Source of the DNA: Botryllus schlosseri
Taxonomy: Eukaryota
DNA length: 64,000 nt
Direction of reading: 5' to 3'
Assembly: GCA_051294905.1 (NCBI GenBank)
Contig: CM119371.1
Span: 16,308,001-16,372,000 of the forward strand
In this document: piece after piece, positions 1 to 12,000 of the stretch
How the letters are laid out: every line of letters starts with the position of its first letter
Position numbering within the stretch: the first letter of the stretch is position 1
Notes under the pieces: model-generated
Seen by the model: only the letters and a program-made list of their open reading frames with translations
Told to the model about the DNA's origin: nothing
Database searches by the model: none
Program-made: the position numbers and the translations under genes

Positions 1-853
1 CAGTGCGTCGCAAGTCCAACAAGTTTTTGCAAATGCGTGGCTACGCCGAAATTTAGAGAGCCACTGATTTTAAAATCGTAATAAGTTTATTCGTATTATT
101 CCGCAACAAACAAAGTAAAATATATGCACAATTTTCATCCGCGCTCATCAGGACCAAGTATGTCATCCGCACTGCATTTTGTTTCATCCGCACAAGTGTG
201 TACCATGGACCATCCCATCGGCTGAAAAGCACTGTAAACCAGTGGTTCTCAGCCATGGCTTCAGCGCCCCCCAGCGCACGATGTAAATTTTCAAGGTTGC
301 GTTGAAGAAAAGCAGCAGCATAGTTGGTGTAGTGTTCACATAATGATATTGTATTGTATTAATCGGCACAGCACAGTTGAGCTTATCGCCTTTCTAGGCC
401 TTGTGCTCCACGACATGAATTTCATAAAGTTCATTGGTCTTTGCTTTTTCGTCATGTTGGGAACGTCTTTTTCATTCTCTCTCGCAGTCATCTTCATTGT
501 CTCTCGCTCCCATGCATCCCCATCGTGGTCTCTGCTGCCGACTTATAGCACGGCTCACTTTCAGCAGGGGCTTTTCAATGCACTACCGTAGCAGTGAGGT
601 CGCAGATGAGACTTAATGATATATACTACGGTTTATATATCCCCGAGTTATCGTTGAAATTGACGTTCGATAAAATTTATCAAATCTCCGAATTTTTCGT
701 CTCGTGGTGCGCGAAATATACCGACAATGCGATGTGTTTTCGCACACGCAGCCGTTATTATGAGTATTGCAAAGTGTGGGCCACGTATTTCTTACGCGTA
801 TCCCTATCGATTGAAAGTTTCCTGTAACCCAGTGTAATCGCACTAGCTAGGGA

Positions 854-1129
854 CAGAGATGGTCACAGTCTGGTTCAGGAGCCGGAGCCGGGACAGGATT
901 TCATTGATTTTTTACCTGGGCGGACTGGATCCGGATTTTGAATTTGCGGTGACGGTCGGATTTTAGCCGTTTTTTTGCTTCAATATGATAAATTAGCATT
1001 GTTCTGGCAGGATATTTTCGGATTCCGAACTGGACCTTCACCAGCCGGATTTTTCGGACTCTGAATTTCCAATTGCCAGACGGATCCGGATAGATTGGGA
1101 TCCTGATATTTGGGAATCCGCCATCTCTG
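854..1129. mobile_element. hAT-like MITE (TIR CAGAGATGG, CCGGA-rich)
   Basis: Terminal CAGAGATGG…CCATCTCTG; 8-bp TSD gctaggga/gctagggg. A related partial copy starts near 21549. Confidence 0.75.
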
Positions 1130-1710
1130 GCTAGGGGTTTACTCAACTACTAATTGTTTCGAATTACGTGTTGTACCTTGCAGCACATGTCAGGTTGATA
1201 ACCCAACTACCCATGTATCTCAATTTTTTGTGGTTCATTGAACTGACAAAAATTGCTAATAAACCGAACTGTCTTGAAAAGCTAAAAAAATGACAGCGTC
1301 AGTATATTTCTTCATCGTACAATAGAGAATGACACCGCTTAGTCTTGTGACCCACAACTCGCGTGGTAATCGGCCAATCTGATAGGCGTGTATACTGCGC
1401 AGTTATTAATTTACGATATTTCAGTGACGCTTATGTCCAGTATTGGCCTTGTGCATCACGACATTGATATTGTATAGATCAGCTCAATGACTTCATATCT
1501 TTCGCATCTTCTTCATCCGCTTCAATCTTTCACTCTTCAGTCACAGACTCTCTCGCATGCATCCAACTTCGGGTCTCTGGTGCCGCGTGGCTTACTGTGT
1601 TTCTGCACTTTTTCACGATACTGTTAGTACAGCGGGTTCGGTGATGAGGAGCACAGATAACCTACGACACATAAAAACCAGCCCGAACTGGGGTGTGAGC
1701 CAGTTCCCAT

Positions 1711-2027
1711 AGGTGTCGTAGCGCAGTCGTTTTACGCACTGCCCCACTCGAAGTGAATGTGTTCCAACCGCTAAGCGTCGACACCAATGTGTTGCGAGTC
1801 TGACCGAGGTCGACTTAGAACTCCTTCCGAATTCTTGGAAGATTATGTAGGCTCCGCCTCGTCATCCGATGTTAAACAATGCCTCAGAATAGCCTAGAAT
1901 GGAAGTGGGCTATGCTGACCGTTGGCAGTACAGGAATCATAAAGAAGGAATATCGGCTTGGTGTAAAATGACCAATGTAGTCGGAACATCGTTAATACTA
2001 AAAGAGCCACAACAACAAGAGCAACAA
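1711..2027 (+). mobile_element. tRNA-derived SINE-like element with (CAA)n tail
   Basis: A-box-like TAGCGCAGTCG; GACCGAGGTCGACT shared with the 6899 copy; 3' segment shared with ~8699-8810 and ~24335-24415; caacaacaa tail. Confidence 0.55.
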
Positions 2028-3160
2028 CCGCATATCCTACGTATGCGCACTATTGCCGGACGCATGGACGGTGACGCAGCAAAATGCAGTGTGGCCAACC
2101 CTACATTTTGCTAGTTGTTACAATATACGAACATTACTTTAGAAAATATATTATATCAGTTTTAGGGCATATAAAATATCTATCTGTCTCGTGTACGTTG
2201 AGTCAGATTTACGAGTTGAAGAGAGCTCAAATAAGTTGTTCGATTTAAATGTGAATGGACGTACATACATCGCAAGGGTTGCTATAAATCATTAACAGAA
2301 TCGCACGTGCCTTGCGCCATACTTTAACAAGTTGATAGGCCTAAAGGATGCTGAGGTGAGGCGCACACTATTGCTTTGTGTGCAGGCGCATCTCGCAAGA
2401 AACGTGGCTACGAAAGACGAAGTATAGGTGTTGACAGACAAATGATCATTATCATTTGCCCTAATTGTATCGATTTTGATAGGTATGAGCTTTTAGCAAG
2501 TATCTTACACACCGAACAATATTATATCGAACGTGATTGTTGATGGGTATGCTGACCTAACAATCACGTAGGCCTGCTGAAAGTTATAGTATATCACTAT
2601 TACATACAGTTGCATATATTATACGAGTCATACGATGTAAGATGTTAAATTTATTTTATAAAACTTAAGTGATTTGAATCTCGCAGTGGATATATTGACA
2701 AGTATGGGTATGAATATTCATACGTTATTTAGGCTGCGCGTTGGTTTTTAAATTATGTTCTATTCAATCACATGGCATTTGCAGGTCAACAATACTGAAG
2801 ACGATTCTGTTGGCTATCGAATCATATTAGAACATACATTATAAATCAGAACAATGCCATCTTATTATTATAAATATGCGGTTTTGTAAGTAAGACTGGA
2901 CTGAACACTGGACAGTCGATGAACGACAGAGTGTCAACATCCATAGCCTACCGATAAAAGATGTCAGGTAATTGTCGATGTGTATTTTTATCTAGCGGTA
3001 GCTACTATCATCCATGGTTGTGCGTAGTGTCATTGAAAATATTAATAGTTCAAATCGTATACGCAAATATATTCAGCGGAATCGTTTGGGAATTACCAGT
3101 CTAATCCATTATTCACTCAGGCAGATTCCGTGCAGGACTGAAATGCGCATTCCTAAAGTA

Positions 3161-4122
3161 GGGGAGATGTGGTACCGATGGATCAAAAATTGGAAAATGA
3201 TCGCTGGCCCCGAAATGTTCAGCCGAAAACAGAAGATCTTTTGCTGGCTCAGCACTTTGATACAAGCTCTACCTATCGCGCACATATACATGAATATCCG
3301 TCTTTTCAAAAAATATTTATGGACGTTCAAAATTTGTTGCTCGAACGTGTCATCGGTCCCCACCCGGTGGGTCCAATGACACACGACCCGGGGACCTATG
3401 ACACATATACCCTAAAAAACTCAAATGTGACTACTTTTGTAGCTCAGTATTATAATCTAAGCTGCAGCAAGCCAAAGAAGAATGTTTGGTCGCAACTGTC
3501 AAAAAATAGAATAAATTTTAACTCAAATGTTGTCATATAATCACGTTTCGATTCAGGCGCGAACTTATAAATTTGTGGGTGCATACATATTGCCCGAAAA
3601 TCGACAGTGTGACTTCCAAATACCTCGTTATAGCGATAAAACATGATATGCAATTATTAGATAAAGATTTTCTGTACGTAGGCATGTTTCATTTGTTTCA
3701 TGATTAGTATGCTTGATTATTTTGCTTGATTTGGCTATTGTATCATCGGTCCCCACCCTACGAATTTTATACATGAATCGAAAAAAAGTCCACTCAAGGA
3801 AAGTACTGAAAAAAATAATAGGTGCCATTATATAGCCTGATACAAGCCTTACACTTCACAATAAAAATGATCGCTGGTGTTTTCGTGTTGAAGGTTACAA
3901 AGAAAAATGTATATGTCGATCTAAATTTACTTTAGACCCCCCAAAACAAAAATCATCTGTGAGAGACCCCATAGCTCGCGTACGTCGAATTTTTTTGTAT
4001 GTGAGGAAAGATTTTGCCAGCATACAATTGTAGACAAGTTCACGGAGTGTAATCATGGAATTATCATAGATAATTTTCAAAGTATTTTCGGTCCCAGTGA
4101 TCCATCGGTACCACATCTCCCC
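3161..4122. mobile_element. TA-TSD MITE (Tc1/mariner-superfamily-like), 25-bp perfect TIRs
   Basis: TA|GGGGAGATGTGGTACCGATGGATCA…TGATCCATCGGTACCACATCTCCCC|TA; internal direct repeat catcggtccccaccc near 3351 and 3744. Confidence 0.85.
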
Positions 4123-5359
4123 TATCACGTTCAGATCCGCATATATAGGCTATTAAGTCAACATCGCAAAGGACGAATAACTCACCCTTTTGGATTGGCA
4201 ACCCATATGCTAATTCTAAATATCTTGCGACTGCACTGCATGATCAACTATTTTGTTATGTGGCAAGATCAATTAAAACACTTTTTCGTAGTTTCGTGGT
4301 TGTATATTCAGCACGGCTGATCTCATATCACCGCCTTTCAAACTGTTCCGTAGATCAGTCTTGCTGTTCACACTTACTGAAAACCTTTCCCGTCAAGGTT
4401 TATTGCGGCGAAAGGCAGTATAGCAAACGAACATATCTTTGCTACAACGAACAAAATTATTACTTGATACTTCCAGCTATCACCTGTTGAATGCAGCATC
4501 AGTGTCATGGCGATTTAGACAAGTGTTTCTAAAGTTTTTTCACAACTTTGCACTTTGGAACTTTGGAGCGATAAGGATGATAATGACAAGGTGTGTTAAA
4601 TTAAAATAAATGCAAAAGGAAAGAAGCTCCTGATAATTTATAATTACAAAATTATGGTTCGCATTTATATTTTCACTTGCTCATAAACTGTTCGATTGCA
4701 TTTGATGAACATTAGGGTGCGGAAAGTTACTGGCCCCAGTAAATTTGGATAACAACTCTAATAATGCGTGATCAAGTTTGATGAAGACTTGGCTGAAAAC
4801 TGCAATTTTTTTGCGATTGTTGCAGCAAGCCTCAATACTGGTCAGAGTTTAAAAAAAACTCTGACCGTGGCGTAGGAATGGCTCATCACAGGTTTCACAA
4901 GAATTTATTTGCTGTTTATCCATTTTTGAAATAGTAAGTTTTAGTTTAGCCCACTAGTTCTCAAACTTTTTTAGACACGCCCCCTTTATGACAGTGAAAT
5001 ATTTCGTGCCTCCCTTATCGTCATGTCACACAACGAAACCAGAATGTTGGCAATCCTTACAGATAGTTTGATGGTATGGAAGGTTATGACTGTTGATGAG
5101 AAAATTCTCCAATATGAAATTCGAACTATACACAGAACAATAACTATGAAATGGAGATTAATCGCGCCAAGCGCGGTAAAATTCTTCAATTTACCGGTAC
5201 TTCGTGCCCCAAGTTTGAGAACCACTGGTTTAGCCTATATTGTAATTCGCTACGTCTTCTGTTGCTACGGAAGTATGGGAAACAGTTTAGAATGGCTGGA
5301 TTATCTAGTTAACGAGGCACGCATAGAATACCGATGTAAATAGGCTAATTATTTTATGT

Positions 5360-5526
5360 TGTGATTGTCAATGTAATTGAAATTGTAATTGGGCCAAATT
5401 TTCATCAAATTACAATAACAATTACAATTACACAAAATAAAAATGCTTCAATTATAATTACAATTACATGAAAAAATCTAATTAATTACATTCAGCCTAA
5501 TTACAAATTACAATTGATCCAACTCT
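5360..5526. repeat. AATTAC/GTAATT-rich short-repeat element remnant
   Basis: Many aattac/gtaatt units in opposite orientations; ends in …ccaactctg. Confidence 0.55.
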
Positions 5527-5853
5527 GATATAATCAAGTCACAATTAGGAAATGGAGTGAATTCGACAGAATTATACCGGTGACTGCAGGAAAAGGCATG
5601 TGAAGTCGACAAATTGGGGCTCTCATCCACGGGTTCCACATGCTGTAGATTAATATCGAAAATCCTGCTTTCTGGCGCAAGAATCACGTGATTCCTAACT
5701 GGCCCCTACCCTAACATCTTCACTGACCTCTCGTGGACTATTAACAAATCCACAGGTTCATCGACCCCAGTTTAGAACACCTACTATAGATAAATTCGTA
5801 ATTTAACAGGATCGCTAGAAGTATACTATCCTAAAATGGCAACGGAGTATTAC

Positions 5854-6020
5854 CTGAGTACAGTTACTTAGCATCCTCTCCTTTTCAAATTCGTCCCACA
5901 ATCTCTTATCTCGCCTGATCGTGTGTAACTTCCACAATATCAGCGCTATAATGCCGAGCAGCACCACGCCAATGACGACGGATATCACGATGACTAAGGC
6001 GTTTATGGGCGCAGGGCAAT
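5854..6020 (-). CDS. Integrin beta exon 17 (TM helix and membrane-proximal cytoplasmic tail)
   Basis: DCPAPINALVIVISVVIGVVLLGIIALILWKLHTIRRDKRLWDEFEKERMLSNCTQ; ctgcag acceptor, CAG|gtaata donor. Confidence 0.96.
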
Positions 6021-9000
6021 CTGCAGAGAGCAAATTACACGTGAATACAGTACATGGTTGGGAAATTGGCGTATTATCCTGATTCCTACCAAATGCAAGG
6101 GTGGAAATAGGGGTATTTACCATATTCCTACTTAATGTACGAGTGGGAATAGGAGTATTCTCAATATTCTAACCTATTACATTGGCAGCAAATAGGTGCC
6201 ATATTTCTGTCATCACATAGCAGGGGATCCCAGTAGTCAATGCTCTTCGCTACGGATGCCAATCCACGCCATAGTTGTCACACACCTGTCGTTGTGTCAA
6301 ATATCTTCACAAAACCATGGTAGCGGTCGTCAGTAGTCCAATACACGTCGTAGGAATATGAACACCCGTCGGCGAAGGTGCCACCGCATTTTATGTGAGC
6401 GTGACTGCGAGGAAAATAAGTTAGAATATAAGGAATAGCTTCGCTTTGAAACTGCGAATAATAGTTTCTGTTTTATGTTCTTTCAAGTACGATTTCTTGC
6501 GACTAGGACGCACCATGCCACATTCTCAGTCGTATTACTTGAATAAACCCGTGCAAAATCGAGTATCTTCGTTATTCGATTCCAGAGGTGCTAAGTAACG
6601 AAGTACTACTTTTCCGAGTTCTCACATAAGTATTGCTTGCTTGTACTAATTTATGAAGTGGTTCTGTTCTTATACTACTTCCATTTCTAGTTAACAGTTC
6701 TTTACACAAAACTACCGCCGTTAGTAGTATAATCATATTGAATTGAGCCCGGATATTTTCGGTTGGCACTCATCAATAGCGTCAGCAACATGCGATTTTG
6801 TAGCGTATAAATTTGGGATGTGTTTGCATCAATGTTATACCAAATATGAAATTCTAATGAGTATGGGCGAAAAAGACACTGTATCATGATGACGGAATGG
6901 CGAGATAGCGTAGCGGTACAATCCACAGTTGCAACAGCAATGGGTTGTGGGTTCGAGCCCGACCGAGGTCGACTTCAGAATTCCTACCCGAGTGTTATAG
7001 GTTTATGTCTTGGCCCTTCCTCGCCCTCTATTCCGCTTAGGCCAGAGGTGGGCAAACAACAGGTCGACCAGCTTATGAAATCTCGCCACTGTTTCTGACG
7101 TGTGTACGATATCATCAAAGCAATCTTTGATTTGTTTCAAATAGGCATAAATATTATTTCCATATCCTCATTATATAATCAAACACCAATATTGCGTTTT
7201 GGTTTATAATCTCAATTGCATATAGTGTAGGGTTGCCATACGTCCGGAATTTCCCGGACATGTCCGGAATTTCACTGTTAAAACTGCGTCCGGGAGGAAT
7301 TTCTAAAATATGCCCAAATGTCCGGAATTTTGAAGGCTTGAAGTAAGGTCATATTTTGTTATGTAAATCAACCTAAACAAAACTATTTTTGGGCAGATTT
7401 TTGCTACATGAGATTTTTCTTCGCGCTGTGCGCGATTTAGTATCATATGTATTGGTTTTAATACCGCCCTAGCAAAAACTGCGATAAAAAAAAAAACATT
7501 CATTTACAAAAAGAAGTCTAATTGTAATCGCAATTACAAGATAACGGTATTCATAGAGTCGTCGTTTTAGGTCGTTTGGATGCTTTATTCAAAGATAGTG
7601 GTTCTAAACCAGGGGGCAGTTTGCCTTTACTATGGCGGTTCGCGAAATGTTGAACGTAATTAACTTCCAAAATAGGCTGTGATTAGGTCTGGGCAAATGT
7701 GCCGACCTTTAATTAGTATTCAGCTCATCAAATTTTGAGCTGGGCCACAGCACATTTTCAAATTGGAAATGGATTCGCGACCATAAAAGGTTGGAAACCA
7801 CCGGATGCGCGGTGTTTATATAGCTCAGTGGTGAAGTGCACACCCGCAGTAGGCTGATAAATAATCTTATCGGCGTGACATGAGAATGACCTAACGATGT
7901 ACAATAACGCCTCCTGCATTTTCGAAGTCATCATCCTACACAGGGCCGTAACAGCACTTCGTCAGGCCCCCCCAAAACGTTGGTCCTGGCCCCCCCCCCA
8001 CAGGGTGATAAACCTAACTTCTGGGGGGCGAAGCCCCCCAGACCCCCTCAGGCTATCCGTTGTTTACGCTGCTTATCATCTATATTATTTAAAAAATACT
8101 CTATAATTTATGCTAATTCACTAAATAATTTGGGACCCCTTCGAGCTCGGCAGTTCGGAGGGGTTCGGCAGTTACGACCCTGATCCTACACCAGCTCTAT
8201 TCTATTGCTGACTCTGATTATATGGGCGGAGAGAGGATTAAAATTATACAGTAATATATGGAAGAACCAATATCATTGACACAATTCATTCAGATCATTC
8301 AACGACCAGATGCATACAGTAAACCCCCAGAAGTTGCATCGAATACCCTACGATGGGCCCAAAATCTGTGTATATTTGGGCGGGACGGGGCTGAAAAGAT
8401 GTGGCTTGGGCCCAGGTTACAACATACAATACACAACCACATACTCCTGAACAGGATCACGACCATCTCCAGTCGATAGACAAAGCGTTGCTGGTGTGAC
8501 GTCATATTGATCGACAATGTGCTCATACCTCATTTTGAAATCCGCTAGTGGGCGCGGAAGAGCGTCCGGAATTTGTGAAACAAAAATATGGTAACCCTAA
8601 TGTAGTGCGGCCCACGAATGGATTCAGATGTTGAATGCGGCCCGCGAGATCAAAGGTTTGCCCACCCCTGGCGTAGGTGGTGTCTTACACAGCCTGTAGA
8701 GGTGGGCCGTGCTACAAGTCGGCAGCTACGGAATAAAATTGAACAATATCGGCCTGGTGTAAATGACCATATATAGTAGTCGACAAACACCATGAATACC
8801 ACAAACAAACATGTTAACTGAAAATATATACGAATGTTCTAACCATTTGTATTGGCATAAGCAGGGCGATTTTTTGGACATGTCAAAAACAGTCAATATT
8901 TTGTCAAAATCGTTGCGTCAAGTGAAAAAAGTGTCAAAATTGTTTACAAAGTGAACATTTTTTGCAACTTGCATTTTGTTTGAATCGTACATGTTTGAAC

Positions 9001-12000
9001 TGTCAGTGAATTTATCATTTGACATTTCACATCTTGTAGCCTACTTTATAAGTCTACCGTTGTAGACGGCCCATTGTCTGTTCATTGTGAATCATAAACG
9101 TTGAAATGGAAAAATAGGTCTGCATGGTGTTATGTTCAACGTACCGCAATATACAACTGGAACGAGGACTAAGCCAATTATTGGCCTCACATGGAAACGC
9201 ACTAATTGTCAGAATGAAGCAACACGGTGTGTCTCAAGCAGTGTATACGCACAACTTCAGTGTTGCCAGCCAACAACTGCAGCCGCTAAAAGTCCTTTCT
9301 CCATTCGCGGCAGGCTACTTAGTAAGGGCGGACACTTTCTACCAGAGAACGTAGAAGCGTATCTTTCGTTGTACTTCAACAGGTTTTAAATATTTGTTCC
9401 ATAACGCGTAACGTAACTAGTGGAATCCTTCACAGGGCGAGATTTGATTAAAGTAAAGTATATTTTTATGTAAATAATAGTCATATTATAAGTTTTTTCG
9501 GGGCAAGCTAATTCTTAAAGACAGACAGTTCAAACTGGAAATGAAGACAAGTAGTAAAATTGTACCATTATATGCGAAAACGCCTATTTACATACATGAT
9601 GTGAACATTTTGTCAAAACTATGTTTTTTTTTTGTATAAAATGTCAAAATGTTCCTATTTTAGGGCAAATTTTTTCGGTTTTTAGATAAGAAAATCACCA
9701 TATCCATAAGTCATCTCACGTTAGTCACGAAGATGCACCCTTCACGTCCGAAAGTACATATCTCAAATAGACCGGCGAAATTATGAGAATACTCGACAAA
9801 ATCTAATATTACTTGAGCACCCGCAAACCTTCGTTTTCTCGATTAACTAATGTAATTTCGACATGACTTGCAAATCGCCACTTCTAGTTTTACCGCAGCA
9901 TCAGCGCTGGCTACTTTGGCCAATGACCCCCGCCGTATGTACACAGCTATTGATGGTGCCTGCTCAAAAACCGAAAGCATTCATAGGATATTACAGTTTA
10001 AGTTTTTTAGTTGATTTCTAATTTCATTAGACTGTTTCTATCTAACTCAGTTTTCCATGCCATTAATTAAAAAAAAATATCTCCAAGAAGTTACTTACGT
10101 AGGATCGTATCGAGAGCATATACCACAGCCAGGATCAGAAGCGGAGCATGTTCCTTGGCAGTTTGGAAGGGTGGTAACCTTGTCGAACAGCAGAAACTCA
10201 TTCTCAGGACATTCCTCTTTGCAACCATCACTCTGAATAAAGAATACTCGAAAAATTTTAACCTCGGAATGGACTTTACATTGTACTGTACATGCTTCCG
10301 TCGACAAAAAACTTCACAGACAGTACAAGTTCTTGGATTACTATGCCCGAAAAAAGCACTGCTTCAAGAAAACGCTGGTAAATCATTTGGTTTGAATTCC
10401 TTGTAATAAATCCCAGATATTCACCACAGTATGGGCCGTAAATCAAGTTATTGTCACATTTAGCACAAGATTCCAATTGTAGCAAATAAGCCGAATACAT
10501 CCGTTCTTTGCTTGCATTATTTGTAACAAAATAACAGCAATAGTAAAGTCACATCCGTTCTAATGAAGCCTTAAGCATAATAATGAATGCAATCTGGAAG
10601 TGAAAGCGAATGACAGCCTCTGGAGTTCGTGTGAACTAGACGAAAACTACATGGCAATTTAGATTTCGAAATTTAATCCGAACGTCATTACTTCATTCTC
10701 CACCTTGATCCAATACATACCATCGAGATATTTGTCTTCGTATTCGGCATACGGAGATAGCGCAGTGACGCATTCCGCTTTATACAAAAGCTCCGGCGAA
10801 CACGCAGCGCTATAAAACACTCACCCTGCTCTTGCACTGCGCGCAGTCCTTGATTCTGGGCGTGTCGCACGTCAGAGTGATGCCGGTGCATTCCGGGTGC
10901 TTGCATTGGTGACAGTAGGTACCGCCCCACTTATTCTGCAAATGTATGATGGATAATTTACACCGGTGGAGGAGCTCGTATGCTTTTGCATAGCGGTCAG
11001 AATCACTGATAAAAATGATTAAATAGTATATTCATATTGAAATGAACCCGAATATTTTCGGCTGACACTCGTCAGGGGTAATCGTCAGCAACTAGTAGAG
11101 AATGATAAAAATGAATAAAACAAATCCAGTTAATCGTAATATATGTTCGAAACCCCTTCAGTGACCGTATCGTGTTTCGTGTATGAGACGCAACAAATTT
11201 TAAATAAAGAAAATTTGGGATCTTCGCAGACCGGTGCGCGAGAAGAATTTTATTCTTAAGCCGACCCACTGACTAAAATGGTTGCTGAACTCTGATTTAC
11301 ACATCAGACGTCGCACTGGGAAAGTAATTTGACTGAAGAACTGTCAAGTAGAAGTGCAAGTATAGTCTGAAACATAACCACTAACCAGTTTAGCAAACAG
11401 TCCAAGTAAAGGCATCACCTTCTATGAAGTACTTCTTTACTGACTACCTCTGGTACTGATGTATATTTAGCTAACTATCTACTTTCCTTACCTCGTCGTC
11501 ACATCGGCAAGTCTCGCACTGGCAAGCGCCCCTACCGCTGCATTTCGGCTGAGTACGATCGCCATTCGCCTGGCAGTTGACCGGGTCGCAAGTGCAAGTT
11601 CCGCCATCCGACTCGCGATTTGTGTAGGGAGCGAAGCACTCGCATTTCTTCAAGCCGTTGCAGTTGTTGCACCATCCCTTGTCGGGTCCTGGTAGACGTA
11701 GAGGCGGTCAGTTGCGATTGGGGCCCACCACAATGATTCGAGTGCTCGAATGTGAATCGAAAATTGATTATAATGATTCGAGTCAAGTATAGGGAGAGAT
11801 TACTTCTTCGATTACTGGAATATTTTGCGATCCTTCTCATCAAGAGTAAATTTATGTACGTATATTGGAGTTTCGATATTTTTTTTTCACTGCGGAACAA
11901 TGGTTCCCAACCTCTTTGTATGCCGCAGCCGCATTTCAGACTTCTGAGTGCGTATCGAATCGCGTGAAAACACTCGACTAGGCTACTTATAACGGGAATT

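Noticed and set aside
1899..2114. Plus-strand ORF ending in VANPTFC as the missing integrin tail
   Set aside because: Wrong strand for the integrin gene, and most of the ORF runs through a SINE body and its CAA tail.
3014..3540. Overlapping 121- and 123-aa ORFs
   Set aside because: They lie mostly within a TA-TSD MITE and show no recognisable transposase or other domain motifs.
4186..4235. Minus-strand exon with a gtgagt donor bridging to the NPLY micro-exon
   Set aside because: No AG acceptor in the frame needed to link the phase-0 donor at 5854 to the phase-1 NPLY frame.
6899..6975. tRNA gene
   Set aside because: A and B boxes are present but there is no convincing acceptor or anticodon stem, and the downstream body is shared with another dispersed copy, so it is SINE-like.
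9790..9960. Additional integrin exon between exons 15 and 16
   Set aside because: No integrin-like peptide; exons 15 and 16 already join in phase with the beta-tail Cys pattern complete.
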